From assembly GCA_029861655.1 (NCBI GenBank), contig JAOTZA010000002.1, positions 1-33,793 of the forward strand: a DNA stretch of 33,793 nucleotides. The letters are read 5' to 3'. Both the position numbers and the translations under genes were made by a program. How positions within the stretch are numbered: position 1 is the stretch's first letter; every line of letters starts with the position of its first letter. This document shows positions 24,301-30,719 of this stretch, in pieces. The notes under the pieces are model-generated. The model did no database searches and was not told the DNA's origin. It saw only the letters and a list, made by a program, of their open reading frames with translations. This DNA is from Acidobacteriota bacterium (GTDB lineage: Bacteria > Acidobacteriota > Thermoanaerobaculia > Multivoradales > JAHEKO01).

Positions 24301-24930
24301 CTCCGTCTCGTCGAGCAGGACGTGGATCTCCTCCTCCAGACCGCCGCGAACCCGCACCGCCGCCACGCCCTTGATCGGCTCGAGCTCCCGCTTGAGCTGC
24401 AGCTCGGCGATGCGGCGCAGCCGTCTGAGCCCCTCTTCCCCGCCAAAGCGGTCGCCCGAGCCGGCCAGCGAAAGCTCCATGACCGGGTCGAGAGACGGAT
24501 CGAAACGCAGGATGAGCGGTCTCTCGGCTTCCTCGGGAAGGAGAATCAGGTCGAGTTTCTCGAGCGAGTCCTGGATGGCCTCGGACATCGAAGTGTCCCA
24601 GCTGAACTCGAGCACGACGTCGCTGACCCCGGCGCGGCTGATACTCGAGGCTTTTCTCAACCCGGCGACCACCCCCAGCGCCTCTTCGACGGGGCGGCTG
24701 ACATCGCTTTCCACCTCCTCGGGTGCGGCCCCCGGGTATTCGGTGCGGACGGTGAGGGTCGGGTAGGAGAGTCTCGGCATCAGGGTCACCGACAGGCGAC
24801 CATAGGAGAAATAGCCAAAGACCAACGCCGCCACGAAAACCATGGTGATGGCCACCGGGCGCTCGGTCATGAAACTCGAGAGGTTGCCCCTCCCGTCATC
24901 GGCCGCCAAGGGTCGGTCGCTCGACTCCAT
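21340..24930 (-). CDS. RND efflux permease (MdtB-like), enlarged to about 1196 aa
   Basis: NLSSFMTERPVAITMVFVAALVFG, GIGMLVDSSIVVLESI and AGIVVNNAIVLVDY are RND signatures. The ATG at 24930 shares one base with the MFP stop (TGATG). Confidence 0.9.
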   Translation of the reverse strand: MESSDRPLAADDGRGNLSSFMTERPVAITMVFVAALVFGYFSYGRLSVTLMPRLSYPTLTVRTEYPGAAPEEVESDVSRPVEEALGVVAGLRKASSISRAGVSDVVLEFSWDTSMSEAIQDSLEKLDLILLPEEAERPLILRFDPSLDPVMELSLAGSGDRFGGEEGLRRLRRIAELQLKRELEPIKGVAAVRVRGGLEEEIHVLLDETELQRTGLSIRSVIDRLAQENINLAGGTLTEGRTEYMVRTLNEYEDLAEISDTIIARFEGRDVRLGSIGRVVRAHKEREILTRTNGHEGVQIDVFKEADANIVALAKRVKTALGEFDFEEARQELLAAASGSKDQQPEEAKDGQRARRKKKRRGPPGLIEKTWRNEGAELSLVADRSLFIESSIREVRNTALLGGLLAITILFLFLKDVRTTSIIAISIPISLLVTFAPLHLLGVSLNIMSLGGLALGIGMLVDSSIVVLESIFRCREEGDPLEAAAVRGTTEVRGPVIASTLTTIAVFFPMVFVEGVAGQAFGDLGLAVVISLLAALVVALFLIPMLASRQGMRLTGGRDQPIEWKTFASWRGLTADAKSTLSRAKQRSGLRKALGYTALPVVMLYLGLRFVVGVVLEIIGKLLLGFLFGALWLGRKFVVPAMGKLFGLMAAVPLRLTQGSLDGLHERYPHTLRWALRSPLTVVVVVLLCFAATAWTALSLDTELLPEVHQGEFTVEVGLPVGTPIEATEAIVAPVEQAILEEKEHIESLMLTVGFDPAYSNRSDEGEHTARFKVLLDRANPTLERKVIDRLRKRFSGIPDLDARVTRPVLFSFKTPIEVEVHGNDLVELRRQADLVKRTMSAMPELADVETTSRRGAPEVQVVYDRDLLARYDLAPGQVARRVRDKVQGFEATRFNLKDRRIPIVVRLEDTDRESVADVSALIINPGGARPIPLSAVGVVELAEGPSEVRRVDGRRISLVTASIAKGSLGSAVEAIEANLDRLVWPSGTTYLMAGQNDEWERSKGSLWLAMALSIFLVYVIMAAQFESLFHPLVILFTIPLAFFGTVVCLYALGISLSIVVFLGMIMLAGIVVNNAIVLVDYINLLRRRGMDATEAVVTAGSVRLRPILMTTATTALGLLPMALGLGNGAELRTPMAITVISGLLVSTFLTLLVIPVIYSLLDQLRARLTGQETLPDTVSPASPASPDTLSTIGTV
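21371..21397. repeat. Three tandem copies of a 9-bp unit (GGCGATGCG, GGCGATGCG, GGCGATACG) inside the 3' end of the RND gene
   Basis: Read directly. It is in frame and encodes the SPASPASPD tail of the 21340-24930 protein. Confidence 0.6.
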
Positions 24931-26150
24931 CAATCCGCCTCGGTCTCATCCTCGGCGTCTTCGATCTTCTTACCCGCTTCGCGCACCAGCGAGCCTTCTT
25001 TGAGACCCGCCTGGCCGGCGACGACAATCCGATCGGCTGCCTCGAGGACTCCAGCCGGCTCGATGTTGTGGCGATCTTCGAGCGCCGCCTCGATCAGCAG
25101 GCGCTCCACTCGCCACTCCCCTTCTTTCAGGTCGTCCCGTTCCTCTTCTTTGACCCGAAAGACATAGATCTGATCGCCGTCGTAGATCAGGGCCTTCTTC
25201 GGCACCAGCACGGCATCGGTGTGGACATCGGTCACCAGCTCGACCGAGACGTACATGCCCGGTAACAAACCCTCGCTCCTCGGTACGGTCACCGTGGCTT
25301 TGACGGTGCCACTCTTGGGATCGACTCGGGGCGCCATGCGGTCGACCGTTCCCCGGCGCGCCTCGCCCCCGGCGGCTTCGGCGATAATCCGCGCCTCGAC
25401 GCCAGGCCGCAGCCGCGCCAACTCCTTCTCCGGCACATAGACCCGTGCCACGATCGAATCGAAATCCACCAGATCAAAGAGGTGTTGGTTCGGTGTCACC
25501 TGGTCGCCGATGTTGACCAGGCGGGCGGTGACGGTGCCCGAGATCGGTGCCCGTACCGCGGTGTAGCCGAGGTTTCGCTGAGCGTCCTTGAGTGCCAACT
25601 CGAGCTGTTCGATCTCGTAGGTAGCCTCGTTGAACGTCTGTTCGCTGATCAGTAGTTTTTCGTACAGGTCTGTCTGGCGGGTGTATTCACGCGTCGCCTT
25701 GGCGAGCTGGCTCTCGACCCGGGCCAGGGCGGTGCGCTGCTCGTCGTCCTCGAGACGAAGCAGAACCTGTCCCTTGCGCACTTCGTCGCCTTCCTCGACC
25801 AGCAGACTACGCACTTTGCGTGCGGCCTGCGAGAACACCTTGACATCGCTCTCGGCCTCGAGATTGGTGGAGAAGCGAAGGACCGTTTCGATGGGTCCCC
25901 GCTCGAGAGTCACCAGTTCAACCGGAACAGCTTCCTCTTCGTCCTCCTCCTTCTTGCCGTCTTTCTTGGCGTCGTCGCTATCGTCGGCTGTCTGCTGGGT
26001 GTCTTTCTCATCGTCCTTTTGAGACACAGAGTCGGAATCCGTTTGCGCCTTCTGGTTTCCCCCACAAGCCCACCCGCCGCCAAACACCAGCATCAGCAAG
26101 CTGAGGAGCACCAAGATCCCTGTCGCATCCATCCTGCGCATCATCGACAT
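24930..26150 (-). CDS. RND periplasmic adaptor (membrane fusion protein, HlyD family), probable lipoprotein
   Basis: It has the signal MSMMRRMDATGILVLLSLLMLVFGGGWACGG, an acidic/Lys-rich linker, then ...VRAPISGTVTARLVNIGDQV (lipoyl/beta-barrel motifs). GGGAAGG abuts the ATG at 26150, so ATG 26144 or 26141 are possible true starts. Confidence 0.85.
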   Translation of the reverse strand: MSMMRRMDATGILVLLSLLMLVFGGGWACGGNQKAQTDSDSVSQKDDEKDTQQTADDSDDAKKDGKKEEDEEEAVPVELVTLERGPIETVLRFSTNLEAESDVKVFSQAARKVRSLLVEEGDEVRKGQVLLRLEDDEQRTALARVESQLAKATREYTRQTDLYEKLLISEQTFNEATYEIEQLELALKDAQRNLGYTAVRAPISGTVTARLVNIGDQVTPNQHLFDLVDFDSIVARVYVPEKELARLRPGVEARIIAEAAGGEARRGTVDRMAPRVDPKSGTVKATVTVPRSEGLLPGMYVSVELVTDVHTDAVLVPKKALIYDGDQIYVFRVKEEERDDLKEGEWRVERLLIEAALEDRHNIEPAGVLEAADRIVVAGQAGLKEGSLVREAGKKIEDAEDETEAD

Positions 26151-26314
26151 CCTTCCCTGTGCAAATGAGGGCCGCCATCGAGCCCCGAGAAGTCCCGAGT
26201 GCCGCCCAAGTTGATTCTACGTTTTGTGACGGTGTTTGTTGTGCTCCGCCGCGGCAGAATCCGGAAATACCGTTACTGTCCGATCGACCGCGGCCGGCCC
26301 GTGACAGCCGATCC

Positions 26315-26343
26315 TTGACAGGTATCGAAACATTAAGATAAAA
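26315..26343 (+). promoter_or_regulatory. Candidate sigma70-type promoter (TTGACA + A/T-rich -10 GATAAA/ATAAAA) in a locally AT-rich patch
   Basis: TTGACA at 26315-26320 and GATAAA at 26337-26342 (16-nt spacer). AGGAAG (26364-26369) precedes the ATG at 26374. Confidence 0.35.
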
Positions 26344-26373
26344 CTTAAAGTCAATTCCAAAAAAGGAAGAACA

Positions 26374-27205
26374 ATGCACGAGATAACCGCTAGAGCTTTG
26401 ACCCTGGCTCACGAGACTCTTCGATGTGGTGTTCCCCACTTCCGCGAGCGGCGGTTGATTCCGATTCGAACGTCAGCCCATTTGATCGTGTTCGACGCGG
26501 CCAAGATCAGCCCGCTGTACACCATGCTCGAAGTCCAGCCGACCGACGAAACCGTTGTCAAACGCGAGGACAATTTCAGCAGCGGCGACATCTCGCTGCC
26601 GGGCGAGCTGAGTACGACCGAAAAGCACTACGCCAACTGGAACAAGAAACACTCCGACTTCCCGGTCGACAAAGGGCACAGCGCGGGTTCTCAGTATCGT
26701 CGCGGTGATGTGGTCGAGCAGTCCGATATCGACACGTTGGCCGGTGTGACGCCCGAGGCCAGCAAGACCAATCAGAACGTCAAGGGGCCGCTGGAATCGG
26801 CGATCCTCGCGCACGCGAAAAAAACACCCACACCTACTTGGTGCAAGGGCCGGTTTGGTACGGGATCGAACCGATCCACGGCAAACTGGAAAACGGTCAG
26901 TGGATTCCGGATGCGCTCTTCATCTCCGCAATGTTTTTGCACAAGAAGACCGCAAGATCGTGGACGTTCCTGATGGAAAACTCGAAAACGATCAAAGGCG
27001 CCAACCTCCGCGAAATAACCCTCGATGAACTCGAGGCTCTCACCGGTCTGTATTGTTGGGGCAATGTCCGTTCGAACGACTTCAAGAAGCGTCGGAACAA
27101 GCTGAGCGGCGGCAAATGGTGGCAGGTCGGTCAACCGGGTCCAAGCCCAAGGCAAAGTCGAAGACCAGGGCGAGATCCAAGAAGACGACGAAGCGCAAGG
27201 CCTAG
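26374..27205 (+). pseudogene. DNA/RNA non-specific endonuclease (DRGH / beta-beta-alpha-Me family) with two frame disruptions
   Basis: Segment 1 (26374 frame) reads GVPHF..LIPIRTSAHLIVFD..K.P...L, KREDNFSSGDISLP, DKGH (DRGH motif) and TPE..NQN..PLE. Segment 2 (frame of 26838) reads YLVQGPVWYG...WIPDALFISAMFL...FLMEN...ITLDELEALTG. The Lys-rich tail SKPKAKSKTRARSKKTTKRKA* is in the third frame and stops at 27203-27205. Confidence 0.65.
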
Positions 27206-27370
27206 CGGTAGTCCCATCCTCGCAGCAGCCGGCGCTGGTCGCCGAGTCCGTGCGAAGGATTCTCGGTCGATTCGCATCTAAGAGTCGTAGTGGGACTCTC
27301 AGGGCTTCGGCGGATGATGTGGTCCGTCTCGATTTGAGGGTCGAGAAATGGATTGACCGAAGGAGGCGAC

Positions 27371-28135
27371 ATGGAACACGGAATCAGAGGCGGCGGACGG
27401 TTCGGAATCGGTTGGATGATCGTACTGGCGTTCATTGTGGCGTTGGCATCGATCCAATTACCCGTGAAGGCCCAGGAGTTCACAGAGGATTTCGACGTAC
27501 AGGACTGCACCTGGAAGCACAGAGGTAGTCAGAACAAGCTCTTCCCCTTGAAACCCGGTCGGCAAACAGTCCTCGAAGGTGAAGAAGAAGACGACGAGGG
27601 CGAGATCGTCACGATCCGAGTGGAGATCACGACTCTCAATGAAAAGGAGCTCATCCGATTCGAGGCGCCCAACGGTGACCGGGTTTCCCTGCGGGCCCGC
27701 GTCTGGCAAGAGACCGAGTTCGAGGATGACGAGTTGGTCGAGATTTCGCGGAATTTCCTGGCCATCTGCAAGGAAACCGGCGACATCTTCTATTTCGGTG
27801 AGGACGTCGATGACTATGAGGACGGAGAGATCGTCGGTCACGACGGAGCGTGGCGGGCCGGAGTCGATGGAGCACAACCCGGCATTCTGTTCCCCGGACG
27901 GTTCCTTCTGGGCTCGCGGTACATGCAGGAGATCGCGCCCGGAGTCGCCCTCGACCGGGCCGAAAACGTGTCAATGGGTCTCGATGTTCTTACTCCCGCC
28001 GGCAACTTCAGCGGCTGTGTGGGTGTTCTCGACTCGACTGCTTTCGAGCCAAACGCCGAGGGCGATCCCAAGGTCTACTGTCCGAGGGTGGGATTGGTGA
28101 TGGACGAAGACATCGTCCTGGTCGAGCGCAACTAG
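27371..28135 (+). CDS. Secreted acidic protein of unknown function
   Basis: ATG at 27371 with GAAGGAGG 4 nt upstream. The signal peptide is MEHGIRGGGRFGIGWMIVLAFIVALASIQLPVKAQE. The mature part is Asp/Glu-rich with three Cys. GC3 bias is strong. I recognised no family. Confidence 0.65.
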   Translation: MEHGIRGGGRFGIGWMIVLAFIVALASIQLPVKAQEFTEDFDVQDCTWKHRGSQNKLFPLKPGRQTVLEGEEEDDEGEIVTIRVEITTLNEKELIRFEAPNGDRVSLRARVWQETEFEDDELVEISRNFLAICKETGDIFYFGEDVDDYEDGEIVGHDGAWRAGVDGAQPGILFPGRFLLGSRYMQEIAPGVALDRAENVSMGLDVLTPAGNFSGCVGVLDSTAFEPNAEGDPKVYCPRVGLVMDEDIVLVERN

Positions 28136-28281
28136 AGCCGACGCTCCCTGCCAAGGGTGCAACCCACTTTTTTGGGTTCCGGCAGGCCGGCTCGAGGGCG
28201 CATAGCCCTCGCGCAGCTGAAACCGGGAGGGTGGCGGTTCGAACGGCTCGCCACGTGCGATGATCCTCGTGGAGGGCCACC

Positions 28282-28764
28282 TTGGGTCGGCTGCTGCTTC
28301 TCTTCATCCTGGTTCCGATCGCCGAGCTCGTCCTTTTGATCGAGATCGGCAAGCGGGTTGGCTTGACGACCACCCTGGCGCTGATCGTGCTCACCGGCGT
28401 GATCGGTGCTTGGCTGGCCCGGTGGCAGGGCCTGGGGATCTTGGCGAAGATCCAATCTGAAATATCCGAAGGCCGGCTCCCGGCCGGCCAGTTGATCGAT
28501 GGTGCCTTGATCCTGGTGGCGGGCGCCGTACTCATGACGCCCGGGATCCTCACCGACGCTCTGGGTTTCTTTTGTTTGATCCCGCCGGGCCGCAGGGTTC
28601 TCAAAAACTACCTCAGCCGCAGATTTGAGCGTGCCGTCCAGAGCGGCACGGTCCGCATGTCCGCCGACCGCGGTGGGTTCTCGCGACCCCACCCACCTGA
28701 ACCTCGCGACATCACGCCGCAGCCAAAGCCGGATCGGAACGCATCTTCAGAGTGGAGTGAGTGA
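28282..28764 (+). CDS. fxsA: FxsA-family inner-membrane protein
   Basis: TTG start with GGAGGG 5 nt upstream. LLLLFILVPIAELVLLIEIGKRVG..TLALIVLTGVIGAWLARWQG and LVAGAVLMTPGILTDALGFFCLIPPGRR match the FxsA signature. Confidence 0.75.
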   Translation: MGRLLLLFILVPIAELVLLIEIGKRVGLTTTLALIVLTGVIGAWLARWQGLGILAKIQSEISEGRLPAGQLIDGALILVAGAVLMTPGILTDALGFFCLIPPGRRVLKNYLSRRFERAVQSGTVRMSADRGGFSRPHPPEPRDITPQPKPDRNASSEWSE

Positions 28765-29200
28765 GAGTCTGTTGACCGGCTACCGTTTTCTAGAGCACAC
28801 CGCGGATGCCGGTGTCGAGATCGATGCTCCGAGCCCGACCGAGATCTACCGACTGGGTCTCTTCGCTCTGACCGATTGCTTGACCGTGTTGAAAAAGATC
28901 GAGCCGCGCGAGCGGCACCCATTCTCCCTGCGGGCCGGCGGTCTGGATCTGTTGCTGGTCGACTGGTTGCAGGAGCTTCTTTTCCGCTTCGAGACCACCG
29001 GCTTTGTGGCTCGAGACACCGAACTGCGGTTGACGAGCGAAGACGAAGGAGAGTTCGTTCTCGAGGGAGTCCTCCTCGGTGAGCCGTTCGATCCTGCCAG
29101 GCACCCGGTGAGATTGCCGGTCAAGGCCGTGACGTATCACCAGCTGGTCTTCGAGCCGACGGATCACGGTTATTTTGCCCGAGTGATCTTCGACGTATGA
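28757..29200 (+). CDS. Archease (RtcB activator/chaperone)
   Basis: YRFLEHTADAGVEIDA near the N-terminus and PVKAVTYHQLVFEP....ARVIFDV at the C-terminus are archease hallmarks. The start is uncertain: GTG 28757 overlaps the fxsA end by 8 nt, and TTG 28772 is the alternative. The stop overlaps the rtcB ATG (ATGA at 29197-29200). Confidence 0.8.
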   Translation: MSESLLTGYRFLEHTADAGVEIDAPSPTEIYRLGLFALTDCLTVLKKIEPRERHPFSLRAGGLDLLLVDWLQELLFRFETTGFVARDTELRLTSEDEGEFVLEGVLLGEPFDPARHPVRLPVKAVTYHQLVFEPTDHGYFARVIFDV

Positions 29201-30645
29201 AACCGCGACGGAGGATCGAGCTCGAGCGGATCGACGCCAATCGATGGCGCATTCCGAAGTCCGGTGGCATGCGGGTCGACGGCATCGTCTACTCGAGCGC
29301 CGAGTTGATCGATGGCCTCCTGGGCGATCCGTGTCTCGAACAGGTGGCGAACGTGGCCCATCTTCCAGGAATTGTCGGCGCCTCGCTCGGCATGCCGGAC
29401 ATTCATTGGGGCTACGGGTTTCCAATCGGCGGCGTCGCCGCGATGGATCCGGACGAGGGCGGTGTCGTGTCGCCGGGCGGCGTCGGCTATGACATCAACT
29501 GCGGTGTCCGGCTCCTGCGCACCAATCTCGAGCGCGCTGACCTCGGAACCCACCTGACGAGTCTGGTCGAGGAGATGTACCGCAACATCCCGACCGGAGT
29601 CGGTGCGGCGCGCAAGGATCTGCGACTGACCGTCCCGGAGCTCCGCAAGGTCCTCGCGCAAGGCGCCGAGTGGGCGGTGGAGCGCGGTTTCGGCGAGCCC
29701 GAGGATCTCGAGGTCCTGGAGGAGGGTGGGTCCCTGGCGAACGCGCGACCGCACCTGGTGTCCTTCCGGGCGCTGGAGCGCGGTCGAGCACAACTCGGCA
29801 CCCTCGGTTCGGGAAACCACTTTGGTGAGGTGCAGGTGGTGGCCGAGATCTTCGACCGGAAGGCGGCCACCGCGCTCGGTCTTGAGACCGGCCAGATCAA
29901 CGTCACCCTCCACACCGGTTCACGAGGACTGGGTCATCAGGTCTGTACCGATCATTTGAAGACCATGGTCGAGGCCGGCCGCCGCTACCGGATCGATCTT
30001 CCTGACCGACAGCTCTGTTGTGCCCCCATCCGCTCGCCGGAGGGCAAGGCCTACCTGGGGGCGATGTCGGCGGCGGCCAACTACGCGTTTGCCAACCGGC
30101 AGGTGATGACCGATCGTGTGCGGCGGAGCTTCGGCCGGGTGCTTGGGAGTGATTGTCGGGTCGACGTGGTCTACGACGTCTGCCACAACATCGCCAAGTT
30201 CGAGGAGCTCGAGGTTCGAGGCAAGCGGCGTTCGCTCTGTGTCCATCGCAAGGGAGCGACCAGGGCCTACCCACCCGGACATGAGAAGACTCCGGAAGCC
30301 TACCGCGACGTTGGGCAGCCGGTCCTGATACCCGGCGACATGGGGCGCTATTCCTTCGTGCTGGTTGGAACCGAGACCGCCTTTGTCGACACCTTTGGCT
30401 CGACCTGCCACGGCGCCGGTCGCAGGTGGAGCCGGAAAAAGGCGAAGAAGGAGGCCAGGGGTCGGGACCTCCTGCAGGAGATGACCGAGCGCGGGGTGGT
30501 GGTACGGGCGGCCGGAATGGCGACCGTTGCCGAAGAGATGCCGGAGGCCTACAAGGACGTGGCCGAGGTGGTCCGGGTCGTCGAAGCCGCCGGGCTCTCG
30601 AAAATCGTCGCGCGGCTCGAGCCCATTGGCGTCATCAAGGGCTGA
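29197..30645 (+). CDS. rtcB: RNA 3'-phosphate/2',3'-cyclic-phosphate ligase RtcB
   Basis: 482 aa with LPGIVGASLGMPDIHWGYGFPIGGV, GGVGYDINCGVRL, GSGNHFGEVQ, HTGSRGLGHQV, DVCHNIAK and STCHGAGR. This is the full set of RtcB metal- and GMP-binding motifs. Confidence 0.95.
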   Translation: MKPRRRIELERIDANRWRIPKSGGMRVDGIVYSSAELIDGLLGDPCLEQVANVAHLPGIVGASLGMPDIHWGYGFPIGGVAAMDPDEGGVVSPGGVGYDINCGVRLLRTNLERADLGTHLTSLVEEMYRNIPTGVGAARKDLRLTVPELRKVLAQGAEWAVERGFGEPEDLEVLEEGGSLANARPHLVSFRALERGRAQLGTLGSGNHFGEVQVVAEIFDRKAATALGLETGQINVTLHTGSRGLGHQVCTDHLKTMVEAGRRYRIDLPDRQLCCAPIRSPEGKAYLGAMSAAANYAFANRQVMTDRVRRSFGRVLGSDCRVDVVYDVCHNIAKFEELEVRGKRRSLCVHRKGATRAYPPGHEKTPEAYRDVGQPVLIPGDMGRYSFVLVGTETAFVDTFGSTCHGAGRRWSRKKAKKEARGRDLLQEMTERGVVVRAAGMATVAEEMPEAYKDVAEVVRVVEAAGLSKIVARLEPIGVIKG

Positions 30646-30719
30646 GGATAGGCGACTGCACAATCCCTCAGCTGGGTCTGGACTTGGCCATGGTGCGCGA
30701 TCGAATGGCGGCTGTCGGG

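Noticed and set aside
26214-26242. A minus-strand promoter for the efflux operon, with a -10 of TAGAAT at 26219-26214.
   Set aside because: The -10 is good, but the best -35 at 17-nt spacing is ACAACA (3 of 6). That is too weak to list as a feature without a mapped transcription start.
26818-26824. Programmed -1 ribosomal frameshift at the A7 run of the nuclease.
   Set aside because: In the incoming frame the run is read GCG AAA AAA ACA, so no X XXY YYZ slippery heptamer is in register. I also saw no obvious downstream stem or pseudoknot. An indel or transcriptional slippage is more plausible.
27069-27078. The palindrome CGTTCGAACG inside the nuclease gene (and GTTCGAAC at 28236-28243) as additional TetR operators.
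   Set aside because: The half-site order is inverted relative to ACCGAACGTTCGGT, and the sites are shorter. One is intragenic. A chance 8-10-bp palindrome in 34 kb is not surprising.
27116-27205. An independent 28-codon gene, MVAGRSTGSKPKAKSKTRARSKKTTKRKA.
   Set aside because: It has no ribosome-binding site, and its frame is continuous with upstream sense codons. It is more simply explained as the displaced C-terminal tail of the nuclease after a second frame break.
28136-28281. A sigma54 (RtcR-type) promoter or intrinsic terminators upstream of fxsA.
   Set aside because: The closest sigma54-like element, TGGCGGTTCGAACGGC, has its GG-GC spacing off by one and lacks the TTGC element. The two hairpins (28161-28178 with a 6-bp stem, 28193-28211 with a 7-bp stem) are short and lack U-tracts, so I did not call them as features.
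26374-30645. The nuclease and RtcB as a damage-and-repair functional pair.
   Set aside because: DRGH (beta-beta-alpha-Me) nucleases leave 5'-phosphate and 3'-OH ends, whereas RtcB joins 3'-phosphate or 2',3'-cyclic-phosphate ends to 5'-OH ends. The chemistries do not match. In addition, two unrelated genes and two gaps (about 165 nt and 146 nt) separate them.
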